Shown: positions 54,290 through 64,000 of the stretch, piece after piece
Numbering within the stretch: position 1 is the first letter of the stretch
Layout of the letters: each line of letters opens with the position of its first letter
Source: Oculina patagonica
Lineage: Eukaryota
Reading direction: 5' to 3'
Assembly: GCF_052425735.1 (NCBI RefSeq)
Contig: NC_135764.1
Coordinates: forward strand, 25,420,001-25,484,000
DNA length: 64,000 bases
The notes under the pieces: generated by a model
The model's input: the letters and a program-made list of their open reading frames with translations, nothing else
The model's database searches: none
What the model was told of the DNA's origin: nothing
Made by a program: the position numbers and the translations under genes

Positions 54290-55951
54290 ATGGTTGTTCA
54301 AAAGCAAACTATGCCTTCTTTTGCCTCCATAATTTCTGTTTTGTCCATTGTGTTCTACTGCGCCGGCTTTTTAAGAGTTGAGCTTGAGTTACACGAGCAC
54401 AAGAAAAGAATAAACGCTCTTGAAAGCGTTGCAGAGGCCAAGCCGCCGTCAAACGATCCTGACATAATCAAGAATGCTCCTGGTAAGTTTGTCTTACATT
54501 ACAAGCTAGAGTTTACAAATTGTTACAATAATACAATACAATCAGCAGGAAAAAAAAGCTTGGTCGAAGCGAAAACACCGAAAAGGAAAATACCGTGGAA
54601 AAAGCTACGAGTTGAAACAAATAGCAAATCAACATGTTTTCGCTTGTTTCGTTTTTTTTATGGAGCCTCAAAGAAAACCGAAGGTTGGCGGGTCAAGTTT
54701 TCTTCAATCCAATGCAGACAATTTCAAACGTAAATAGTGATTCGACAGAATTTTCCTTCAGCTATGACTAACATAATGATATGAAATATATAAGATCGTT
54801 CTTTTGTTCAGTTTAATCAAACAAACAATCGGTTGTGACACTTTTTACATCAGAAAACTTGCAAAGGATATATCATATATTGCCAAGTGAGACGTCTAAT
54901 TGCTATTTTAAGTCTGTAATGTGAGAGATTTTAGATAACAAAATGTCAATTATTTCCGTCTTAGCCATCTTGTGAATTAAAGCCATCTTGTGAATTGCCT
55001 GGAGCAAGGATTCCTGCAAAGATGCTAGAACGAGCATAAGCGCACACCAGAGATTTTTAAATTTAAAAAAACTTGTTTGATTTAAAAGACACCAATGTGT
55101 AAAAGAAATAACTTGTGCATTTGTAATTAGAATTTTTCTTTTTCTTCGTAGAATTTCAAACCCATAAACATAGACACAGTCGTCATGTCGAGTCAACCAA
55201 GAACGAGTCAGAATCTAAAAGCACAGCGGAAACGACGATCATAATCAAACATATTTTAACAGACGGGAGATTGCATCTCTGTCAGTCAAAGGATGTCACG
55301 TGTTCATCAGGTCCCCCAGGCCCTCCTGGTCCGCCAGGATCGAGAGGAAATAGAGGAGTCCGGGAACGAAGGGGACAGCAAGGAAGAACTGGAAACAAGG
55401 GAGATAAAGGCATTATGGGATCGCCAGGAAAAAATGGCAAGCAAGGACCGGGAGGCATGGCAGGAACTAAAGGAGACAAAGGATCCACGGGCATGCCGGG
55501 AACGAAAGGAGACACAGGACTCGCAGGCATGCCGGGATCGAAAGGAGGCAATGGAGCTGCAGGCATTCCGGGATCGAAAGGACAAAAAGGAGCCGCAGGC
55601 ATGCCGGGATCGAAAGGAGGCAATGGAGCTGCAGGCATGCCGGGATCGAAAGGACAAAAAGGAGCCGCAGGCATGCCGGGATTGAAAGGAGTCAAAGGAG
55701 CCGCAGGCATGCCGGGATCGAAAGGAGGCAATGGAGCTGCAGGCATGCCGGGATCGAAAGGACAAAAAGGAGCCGCAGGCATGCCGGGATTGAAAGGAGT
55801 CAAAGGAGCCGCAGGCATGCCGGGATCGAAAGGACAAAAAGGAGCCGCAGGCATGCCGGGAACGAAAGGAGAGCCTGGTGAATCGTCGATATTAGCTTTT
55901 GGAAGAGGTACAGTTAAATTATTAATCATAATTATAATAGAAAGCAAATAA
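54290..55951 (+). CDS. Type II transmembrane short-chain collagen-like protein (exons 54290-54482 and 55152 to about 55951; 3' end uncertain)
   Basis: Hydrophobic anchor FASIISVLSIVFYCAGFL followed by a coiled-coil-like segment. Phase-1 G|GTAAG donor and TTCGTAG acceptor join in frame to an RHSR furin-like site, a Cys pair and a long Gly-X-Y run. Confidence 0.75.
55454..55885 (+). repeat. 36-bp coding tandem repeat, 12 units (GMPGSKGxxGAA)
   Basis: Unit GGCATGCCGGGATCGAAAGGACAAAAAGGAGCCGCA with GGN/GQK/GVK variants; 108-bp higher-order duplication. Confidence 0.95.
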
Positions 55952-56051
55952 TATGCGATGGACTAGCTTCCCATTCAGGGGGGAGTAGAAATATTCCTAG
56001 CCGCTTAATGCTACGGAAAACAGGATAAGCTCCGGCAGTATGGGTGCCATG

Positions 56052-56575
56052 TAGGCCTTTCTCGATTATGCTAGTAAAACTGGCATTTAATGCTACTAGA
56101 AATTCTCGCATAAAGCCAAAAAAATGCTAAAATAATGCCTGATTTCTTTAAAAAATGCCACTTGAATTCCAAAGAATGCTTTGTTTTATTTCAAACAAAA
56201 CGTACGAACTCTTACATTATATGCTCATATCAATAACAGGTGATACTAATTGTTTGTTTATATAAATAAGAAATAAAAAAATATATTAAAATTAAAAAAA
56301 AAATGAAAAAAAAAAACACACACACGTAAGTAACACAACACAAGTAACACAAAGCACAAACAGTCGAAACAGACAGAAAACAATCAAATTAAGTAATCAA
56401 AACTGTAAAACTTTAGGATTATTTATCCTTCTGAGTTCTGAGTGCTGAAATCTGGATCACAGTCATGAAAAATGACAGAAAATGCTAGAAATTCTTTTTC
56501 TAGAAAAAGCGAAAAAAAGTGCTCGTTTTCCCAAAAAATGCCGAAAAAAATGCTAGCATAATCGAGAAATGCCTA
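56052..56575. mobile_element. hAT-type MITE inserted in a SINE 3' fragment
   Basis: GTGCCATG|TAGGCCTTTCTCGATTATGCTAG...CTAGCATAATCGAGAAATGCCTA|GTGCCATG; 8-bp TSD. SINE tail sequence lies on both sides (about 55955-56600). Confidence 0.85.
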
Positions 56576-58209
56576 GTGCCATGGCTAGAGGCTTCCCCTA
56601 ATAAATAAAAAACATAAAAATTGGACTGCACGCAGCTTAAGTGTCCAATAACAAGGTCCGCGTGCTGCGCATCCGCGCGTTCTTTATATGGTTCCTCCTG
56701 CGGGGGAAGGGGTGGGGGTGGTACTTGGGTCAACCTTTTTGGGTATGTGCCGCTGGCCTCAACATATTCTATGGCCAATTATAGACCCCATCTTTATAGT
56801 CAATTTTGGGTAAATGTAATTTTCATGACCCCAACTTAGTCACTTTCTGTTTTTGCGTCTACCGTATAAATCCTTTTAACTAAGTTATTCTAAAATGAAT
56901 TGACACATTTTATAAACTGAATGAAGAACACTTTACTTTACTACTACGCTAGCACTGACATTATAATAGCATTTTTGATGTGGATAAAAGCAATTTATAA
57001 AACTTTCAGATCAGAAAATTCCTATTCGTAATAAACATACCAGCAGTACCGTTTTAAAAAAAGTGTGACCTCATTTTAGTCACCCTATAAAAATTGTTTG
57101 AAAAGGCTCCCTATTATAGTCAGTCTTGTCGTGAAAATACGTCCCCATCCAGCGGCACATCCCCATTAGCCCATTTATAGGAAGTGGCCCCCCCCGGGAT
57201 GGTTCCTTATTGTGACTGATTTCTTCCTGTTACTCCTAAAATCTTCAGTTTTAAAAACCGCTCTTTTTTGTCATAGTACGGATAAGTCCTCAACAGGATT
57301 CGTTTACCTAAATTTTTCCTCAAATTTTGCTATATTTATGATTAATTGGCAATAGGACTTTGTGTCGTCCAATTCTGTCTGAAATAAAGTGATTCTTAGA
57401 GAGTTAGATTACACTCATATCCTGGGTCCAACATTTTTTATCACCATGCACTAGCTTTACTAATCAGCACTGCCCAGTCGTTTTAAGATTAAATAAAAAA
57501 ATGTATGTGTTGTTTTGGAAGCAGCGTAGCCCGGGCAAGGGTGAGGGCGATGGACTTGAAACCGGACGTCTGTTATTCAAATCCTCCAATCTAACCACCG
57601 GATGTAACTGAAACAGTGCAGCAGTCTGCAGTACAGCTCTCTTGCTAAACTCATGTTAATAGCCAAATGGTCAGTCTCCCATTAGTTAGGATTCCTTGCA
57701 AGTTTACGTTTTTAATTGATCAGATTCGGCCGTAATCTGTGGGGAGGCTTCTTTTTTTCCACATCGAGAGAAGAGAAAGCGAGGGGGAGAAAAAAGGAAA
57801 GGGAGAGCCTGTTGCCGGTAATCAGTATGTTTACACAAGATCGAGAAAAGGAGGTTGCTTGTTACAACGTTCTTTACTAGCACCACTGAGTGCTAGTATT
57901 TTGACACTAAATGACAAGAAAGGCGTGATTGTACTTTTTATATATCTTTCACTTTACCTAACAGTTTTCCGATTTTTCTCATTGAAGTAGATTGATAATT
58001 TCAGAATTCGCATGCCAATATAGGAACGAGTAAGAAAATTATATCCAGCCCTAACTTGTGATCAGCATCTTCTTTCACACGTCTGAAGCCGGTGATCAGT
58101 CTGTTTACACAAGAGAAAGGAAGGGCTGATCGCTGATTACAGCTTCCTCATTTTCAGTTTTAATATCCTGAGTAAATTTTTCTAATTTTGTATTAACGTG
58201 CTATGCACA

Positions 58210-58325
58210 GTCATGTAAATATGTATATTCCGCCGAGATTAGGTCATTAATCACCTTCAGCACGTGCAGAGCAATGTGTTGCAATAGGACTTGCTGCTCA
58301 TTGGTCGCTGGGTAATATAAAGGGA
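58210..58325 (+). promoter_or_regulatory. Putative Pol II promoter of the retroelement
   Basis: TATAAA 58316-58321, reverse CCAAT (ATTGG) 58300-58304, CACGTG 58261-58266 and octamer-like ATGTAAAT 58213-58220, about 100 bp upstream of the leader ATG. Confidence 0.5.
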
Positions 58326-58426
58326 AAAGGACGCTCATAACTCGTGGTTAGTTAATTCAAACCGACAGAGGGAACTTTAGTTGGCGCCGTCTTGTTTCCA
58401 TCAACCCCGGCTCGAACTGTAGATTT

Positions 58427-58582
58427 ATGGAAGAACAAGCTCCTATTGCAGCTCCTGCAGCGGTTCTTGCAGTGCTACAAGATGTAGACGATGAACTAGC
58501 ACCAAATCCACCGGCACCGAATCCACCGGCACCGAATGCACCGGCACCGAACGCTCCAGCGGCAGATGGACAAGTCGCTGAG
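58427..58582 (+). CDS. Putative shared ATG leader exon of the retroelement (52 aa, Ala/Pro-rich)
   Basis: MEEQAPIAAPAAVLAVLQDVDDELAPNPPAPNPPAPNAPAPNAPAADGQVAE ending at GAG|GTATTT, phase 0; contains 15-bp tandem repeats. Confidence 0.65.
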
Positions 58583-58958
58583 GTATTTATTTCTTGTTTA
58601 CTTTAAACTTTTGTCGCAAGTTCGCGAAGCTTATACTAGGGGTTTGGTCGCGTGGTCGGGCTTTCTGTAGTAATGTCGTTTTCCCTTGTTTTGCGTTCCT
58701 TGGTTTTGCGGTGAATTTTATTCTAGTTACGGGTTCCCAAGTTTGTTTTATATTATTGCCTCGTTGGTCTTTCTATCAGGTCGTATCGCTTCATTTTGTT
58801 TTGCTTTGCTGGTTTCTAAATTTTTTATTACTGTGTTTATGTTACAACGTTAACGGGTAGTTCATACCGTTTGGTTTCGCTGGATAGAACATCGGGTTTA
58901 TTATTTGCTGTAGTCGCGTCTGTAAAGCACTGAATTGTTATTGTCTGTTACGAAACTT

Positions 58959-59305
58959 GCCGTGATCGAGGCAGTATATATACATCTCATTGTAACGCAG
59001 GCCCGTGATCGTGGCTGCTTGAAAATGATACGCTGGCCCGTGATCGAGGCAGCGTGAAAAATGGGAACTGGCCCGTGATCGTGGCAGTATAAAAAAAAAA
59101 AAAAAAAAAAAAATATGATAACGCAGGCCCGTGTTCGTGGCTGCTTGAGAAAATGATAAAACTGGCCCGTGATCGTGGCAGTTTGAAAAAATGATAACGC
59201 AGGCCCGTGATCGTGGCTGCTTGAGAAAATCATATAATGGGCCCGTGATCGAGGCAGCATGAGAGAATGATAACGTAGGCCCGATCGAGGCTGCTTGAGA
59301 AAGTG
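58959..59305 (+). repeat. About 9 copies of a 35-40-bp repeat with core GGCCCGTGATCGWGGCWG
   Basis: Cores near 58959, 59000, 59035, 59070, 59126, 59164, 59202, 59240 and 59278, separated by related A-rich linkers. Confidence 0.85.
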
Positions 59306-59365
59306 AATCAATATATTATGGGTTTATTGAGTCAGTTATAAGCTAACTTTCTGTGTTGGCTTTAG

Positions 59366-59887
59366 ATCCCCAATATGGACGATTTCGCGAGGAGAATTCA
59401 GAAGCTAGAACAATCGCAGCAAGCGACTGTTGATGGTATCATCGAAAAGATTATGCAGTTGGTGAAGTCAAAGGCTGCACCATTTAATAAGGACCAGGTG
59501 TTCGAGCAGATTTTAAACCTGAAGGTTGTGGCTTTGGAAACCAAACACCCTAAAGCCAGTTACTACTCTACAGTGTTCCAAGCTTTACGTGAGAAGATGG
59601 GTGGTTCAGATGAGCAATTTAAAAGATATGTCTTGGCTCTTCTTGGTGACAAAGACCAAGAGAAGGTGCTTGATGTTATGACAAAGGTCGACAAAGCCCT
59701 GAGGGTCCCATCCTTTTCGGCTCCCACGTTCCGAGGTCGTGATCGTGGTAGATCTCTAGGCGGTGTTCAGTGCTTCTATTGTAAGGGTTATGGTCATTAC
59801 CAGAGAAATTGTCAAATGCGCTGGAGAGATGATGGAAAGCCACCACCAGCAAAGAGAGGGAGATGGTTCAGGGGGTCGCCAGTGTGA
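59366..59887 (+). CDS. Gag-like protein with CCHC zinc knuckle
   Basis: CFYCKGYGHYQRNC knuckle. ORF opens at acceptor TTTAG|ATC (59365/59366) and has an internal ATG at 59375. Confidence 0.85.
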   Translation: MPNMDDFARRIQKLEQSQQATVDGIIEKIMQLVKSKAAPFNKDQVFEQILNLKVVALETKHPKASYYSTVFQALREKMGGSDEQFKRYVLALLGDKDQEKVLDVMTKVDKALRVPSFSAPTFRGRDRGRSLGGVQCFYCKGYGHYQRNCQMRWRDDGKPPPAKRGRWFRGSPV

Positions 59888-60285
59888 TCGGACGGATTAA
59901 ATCTGTGGTTTTGAGTTCAGTTGAACCATTTGCGTGTAATAAGAATAAGAATAAATGAATTACAAACAGTATAAGATTGATTCGTGTGTACAAAGTTGAT
60001 TTCCTTTGTTACTGTTTTCTTTCGGTATTTTTAGGGCATTTCTTAGTCTTTTATTTCATGGCATATGGGTTCCACAACAAAATTTTAGTTTTATCTTCGA
60101 TGAGGGTGAGTAACTCCCATGGGCTAGCCTTATTGCTGGGCAGTCTGTGGACGTTCCTTTCGGGGCGTGGGAAGTTACTCTCTCCTGATCGGGGACCTCA
60201 TCTTTAGTGGTTAGATTTTCTTGGGAGGGATAATTTCGTTTGGGTTTTCAGTTTCCCATAAGTATTTTTCCCAATTATTTCGCAG

Positions 60286-62556
60286 TTCCGCCAGGTGAAG
60301 CGGAGAAGGACCTGCGAGGGCTTTGAAATTCCTGCTTGGGAAAAGATAGATGAGGAATTTGATCATAAATTATCCTGTTGTCAGCCTCCCAATGAGAACT
60401 TTTTTTCGACTACTATAGATGGGGTCCTCGTTCAGGAGGGAGTTACAGAGATTCCCACTATAAAGGACGTTCTAGTTTCCGAAGAGGTGCCTGATTTATC
60501 TCTGTTGCGATTTCGTGACCCCGATCATTTTGTGGCTGGCGGCGTTCACAAAGACCCGTCCGCCTGGCAGAAGATTTTGATTAACCATCCGAAGGGTGAC
60601 CAAATACTTAATTGGATCTCGAGCAAAGTAGACGTGCATGATTTTGTGAATCACTATTCGGGTACTTTTAAGGGTGAACCATACGACTCTGACTTTCCTC
60701 CGCCTAAATATTTCCGGAATCATGCATCGTGTAAGAAGTTTTCTACCTTCATTTCGGATGCGATTCTCAAACGTGTGGCGATGGGTTCCGTTAGGGTTTG
60801 GGGAAAAGTTGATCTGGACGAACCACCGTACCTAGTTCTTCCGCTCACGGTAGAGCCATCCAAGCCGAGATTATGTTTGGACGCCAGGTTCCTCAATCTG
60901 TGGATGAAGGATTGTCCTTTTTCACTTGATAAATTAGTGGATGTGAAGCGCTATATCTACAAAGATTCGTATTTTACGAAATGTGATGATAAGTCAGGAT
61001 ACGATCACGTCCACCTGCAGGAGTCCTCACAGGAGTTGTTCGGTTTTGAATGGGGTGGATGGTGGTTTGTCTCCACAACTTTGCCATTTGGATGGAAAGA
61101 GTCTCCATATATTTACCATACTATCGGATTGGCTGCATCCAGCTATTTAAGGTCATGTGGAGTTCCGTGTTCCTTGTACATTGATGATCGACTTAACGGT
61201 GAGGTCTTTGCTCCAACTGGCCCTTGGTCTTTATCTCCTTCAGCTCGCACGGAAAAGTTTAGGCTGGAGGCAGCGAAAGTAGCCATATTCATTGTTGCAT
61301 CATTGTTAATTCAATTAGGGTACACAATTGGCATTCAGAAGTCCGTTTTGTATCCGGCTAAGCGTATAGAGTATCTCGGTCATGTGGTGGACTCTTCAAA
61401 GCAAGCTTTCGAACTTCCCGGGAGAAAAGTCGTTGCGTTCGCTACCTTAAGAGGAGAAATTCTGGCTTGCAAAAAAACGGTGAATGTCCGCACTCTTCAA
61501 CGATTCCAGGGGAAATGTATTTCATTTTCCTTGGCAGTGCCTGGGGCTAAGTTGTTTATAAGAAATATAAGTTCAGCTATTGCTTCATCTCCTGGAAATG
61601 GACAAGTTAAGATGACTGATTCTCTTCGGGAAGAAATTTGCCATTGGCGTTTTCTCGACTCCTGGAAAGGCCACGTTCCTTGGCGTGAAGAGAGGCATGT
61701 TCGTTTATCGTTATCCACGGATGCTTCGGGATACGGTTGGGGATGCGTCATGCATTCAACGTCAGGTGATCAATCCTTTAGGGATTATTGGAATCCACAG
61801 CAGATTGGATTAAACATCTCTACCAAGGAAATGCTTGCTATCTCAAACGCAATAAAAGCCACTCCGGAGCATGTGCGGGACTGTCGGGTAGATGTACAGG
61901 TTGACAGTCAAGTAGCGATTGACACGTATAATGGCCAAGGAAGTAAAAACTCTCCTCAACTGACGGCAGCCACAAAGGAACTCTATTTTACTGTTGTTAA
62001 CCGAAATCTGCAGTTAGAACTGTCTCATATCGCGTCAGATCGAAATGAGGCCGATGGCCCGTCGAGATGCCTTTCTGCGTTGGATTCAACACTTTCTCCA
62101 AGAGTGTGGGAGTTAATTGAACAGACTTTTGGTGGTCTCTGTGGTCATACATTCGATTTGATGGCGTTGGATTCTAACGCACAGTTCTCCAAAGGAGGAA
62201 CCCCTTTGCCGCATTTCACCCCGTGTCCTAGCCCTCAGTCTAATGATGTGAACTTCTTCGCTCAGGACGTTAATCTTATCGGACCTGCTATGGCCAACCC
62301 GTACATTTTCCCTCCATTTGGGTTGGTTCCTGCCGTGCTAAGGTTCCTTACTCAATTTCGAATTCCATTCACAATTGTGGTTCCTGAACTTTACCCACGA
62401 CCATTCTGGTGGCCAATTTTGACAGGTCTTTCTCGGAAAGCAATTTGTCTAGGTTCAGAGGGTGATTGGGATGTCCTTAGATACCCGTCCAGGTCCGGGT
62501 ACGAGCCACGGGTTTGTCCTTTCAAGCTTTGGGCTTTCAGAGTTTCGAAATTCTAA
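60286..62556 (+). CDS. Pol: reverse transcriptase + RNase H + adenine-methyltransferase-like domain
   Basis: KPRLCLDARFLN, DDKSGYDH, LPFGW, YIDD, YLG (RT); STDASGYGWG, KEMLA, VDSQ, NEADGPSR (RNase H); DLMA...YIFPPF (DIRS MT-like). Confidence 0.93.
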   Translation, partial: FRQVKRRRTCEGFEIPAWEKIDEEFDHKLSCCQPPNENFFSTTIDGVLVQEGVTEIPTIKDVLVSEEVPDLSLLRFRDPDHFVAGGVHKDPSAWQKILINHPKGDQILNWISSKVDVHDFVNHYSGTFKGEPYDSDFPPPKYFRNHASCKKFSTFISDAILKRVAMGSVRVWGKVDLDEPPYLVLPLTVEPSKPRLCLDARFLNLWMKDCPFSLDKLVDVKRYIYKDSYFTKCDDKSGYDHVHLQESSQELFGFEWGGWWFVSTTLPFGWKESPYIYHTIGLAASSYLRSCGVPCSLYIDDRLNGEVFAPTGPWSLSPSARTEKFRLEAAKVAIFIVASLLIQLGYTIGIQKSVLYPAKRIEYLGHVVDSSKQAFELPGRKVVAFATLRGEILACKKTVNVRTLQRFQGKCISFSLAVPGAKLFIRNISSAIASSPGNGQVKMTDSLREEICHWRFLDSWKGHVPWREERHVRLSLSTDASGYGWGCVMHSTSGDQSFRDYWNPQQIGLNISTKEMLAISNAIKATPEHVRDCRVDVQVDSQVAIDTYNGQGSKNSPQLTAATKELYFTVVNRNLQLELSHIASDRNEADGPSRCLSALDSTLSPRVWELIEQTFGGLCGHTFDLMALDSNAQFSKGGTPLPHFTPCPSPQSNDVNFFAQDVNLIGPAMANPYIFPPFGLVPAVLRFLTQFRIPFTIVVPELYPRPFWWPILTGLSRKAICLGSEGDWDVLRYPSRSGYEPRVCPFKLWAFRVSKF

Positions 62557-62632
62557 CCAACTAAAGTATGGTTCAAATCAACGAAGTTGTCCATATAGTC
62601 TTGAACATTGTTCGTTTTCTTTTTGACTTCAG

Positions 62633-63973
62633 TCTCTACCAAGAATTCCCAAGTTGTTCCAGCCATCGGTAGCTTGCCCTCGTTGCCAGTACCCAAATGA
62701 TGAAGGGTTTCGTTTTTGCCAGAGTTGTGGTTACAACAGGAAGACAGTTGTATTGGACAAGGATGATGCTTTGAAACTTAAACATAAGGTGGATGAAGAA
62801 CAGATTGCAGCGCGAGTTAAAGAGTTGATACAAACACGTAACACTACTCGATATGCGAAGCAGAAGACAGCCTTGGAGATAGAGTTTTCTCGGTTCGTGT
62901 TATCTTTATCGTGTCGGAAAACTTTAAGTTCAGCTTTACCGTGTGATGTCGTGGCGTTTCTAGTGTGGAAGGATCAGGATGGAAGAACTTTGGTTCATAA
63001 GCCAAATTGTGAGTTTGTTTTACAGCGTAAGCGAAGTCAATGTGCTTGTCCCAAACGGCTTGCGTTTGGTACGGTAGACTCCTTAATAGGAAAACTTAGA
63101 GCAATTTTTATCCAGCTCGGTAGGGGAGCAGAATGGCACTCTGTATTAGGTGTAGGTAACCCTGCTTCCTCTAGGTCAGTGAAGGATTACTTGGCTAATG
63201 TTCGTGAGGAGCAGTTGAGGGCACGAATTACCCCGCGCCAAGCAGATCCGGTTCTGCTTTCAGATGTTGAGATCCTTTCACGGCATATTCAGTCAAAATT
63301 AAGAGATCCTACTTTAGATCCTATTCAGGTTTTTGTGTTAGCCAGAGATCAAGCTTTCTTTAAGGCCCTGTTTTTCTCGGCGGATCGGGCAGCCGACCTG
63401 TTAGGTATTTCTACTCCGACAATTTTGCGCTTTCCAGATAATTCTGGATTTTTGTTTAATCATGTATGGACAAAAACGTTACGGTCCGGAGACGCCAACG
63501 TTTTTGCATTCAAGAGGGGTTCAAATAAGATCGTTTGCCCAGTCTGGGGTATTGAGTTATATTTCAAGATTTGTAGACTGTTAAACATTCGGCTGTCTTC
63601 AGGTTATTTATTTCGCTCCGTGTCTAAAAAAGGTACGGTAACGTCTTGCGCGTTAGACCCTTCTGCGGCTCAGGCTAGGTTGGACACTTATGTGAAACAG
63701 TTGCAGGGGAGTCTTTCGAGCACGCGTTTCACTCTACATGGTTTTAGAAGCGGTGCCGCTATTTCACTGGCACTTGCAGATGTCTCTCTTAATGATATAA
63801 TGGATCATGTAGGCTGGAAGTCTAGCAAGACGGCCCTTCATTATATTAAGTTGAAACAGGTTCTGAATCCAGCAGGTCCAGCGGCAAAGTTAGCGGATTT
63901 AGATAAGGACACGGGTAAACACTATAAGGTAACCAATGAATTGACAGGTTTTGTCACTGCGTTTCCGGAATAA
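62633..63973 (+). CDS. Tyrosine recombinase with N-terminal zinc ribbon and ALOG-type DNA-binding domain
   Basis: CPRC...CQSC ribbon; ALOG-like DGRTLVH..C..CACP..AFGTVDSLIGKLRA..GNP; catalytic R (SADR), K, HGFR, HVGW and Y (LHY). Confidence 0.92.
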   Translation, partial: SLPRIPKLFQPSVACPRCQYPNDEGFRFCQSCGYNRKTVVLDKDDALKLKHKVDEEQIAARVKELIQTRNTTRYAKQKTALEIEFSRFVLSLSCRKTLSSALPCDVVAFLVWKDQDGRTLVHKPNCEFVLQRKRSQCACPKRLAFGTVDSLIGKLRAIFIQLGRGAEWHSVLGVGNPASSRSVKDYLANVREEQLRARITPRQADPVLLSDVEILSRHIQSKLRDPTLDPIQVFVLARDQAFFKALFFSADRAADLLGISTPTILRFPDNSGFLFNHVWTKTLRSGDANVFAFKRGSNKIVCPVWGIELYFKICRLLNIRLSSGYLFRSVSKKGTVTSCALDPSAAQARLDTYVKQLQGSLSSTRFTLHGFRSGAAISLALADVSLNDIMDHVGWKSSKTALHYIKLKQVLNPAGPAAKLADLDKDTGKHYKVTNELTGFVTAFPE

Positions 63974-64000
63974 ATTGTCAGTTCAAAGTGCAATGCCTTT

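Larger units (their letters stand above)
58200..64000 (+). mobile_element. DIRS-class tyrosine-recombinase retrotransposon (gag, RT/RNaseH/MT, ALOG-YR); left boundary approximate, right end beyond window
   Basis: Three uninterrupted same-strand ORFs with diagnostic motifs in gag-pol-YR order. Confidence 0.92.

Noticed and set aside
55282-55947. 221-aa antisense and alternative-frame ORFs
   Set aside because: Shadows of the stop-free 36-bp collagen repeat.
58959-59305. CRISPR-like repeat/spacer appearance
   Set aside because: Linkers are related to one another and short, there are no cas genes, and the context is eukaryotic.
62654-63973. Phage integrase or bacterial contamination
   Set aside because: Linked to gag and RT/RNase H in DIRS order, within intron-rich animal DNA.

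Overview
Eukaryotic, intron-rich animal DNA, most likely a cnidarian such as a stony coral (inferred from repeat types and gene style, not proven). (1) A UBR3-type N-recognin E3 ubiquitin ligase gene on the minus strand, with 42 coding exons traced by hand from ATG 40394 to 567, continuing off the window. It has an AT-AC minor (U12) intron and apparently a RhoGAP-like plus UBA-like insertion. (2) A cyclin T gene on the plus strand, head-to-head with UBR3 (ATGs 123 bp apart), with a U12 GT-AG intron and a probable GC-AG intron. (3) A type II transmembrane short collagen-like gene. (4) An apparently intact DIRS-class tyrosine-recombinase retrotransposon (gag, RT-RNaseH-MT, ALOG-YR) running off the right edge. 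Its three ORFs each begin at a phase-0 splice acceptor matching one shared ATG leader exon, suggesting expression by alternative splicing and polyadenylation. The introns hold many non-autonomous DNA transposons with readable TIRs and TSDs, SINEs, a LINE fragment and a higher-order satellite. All coordinates and family calls were read by eye; no searches were run.
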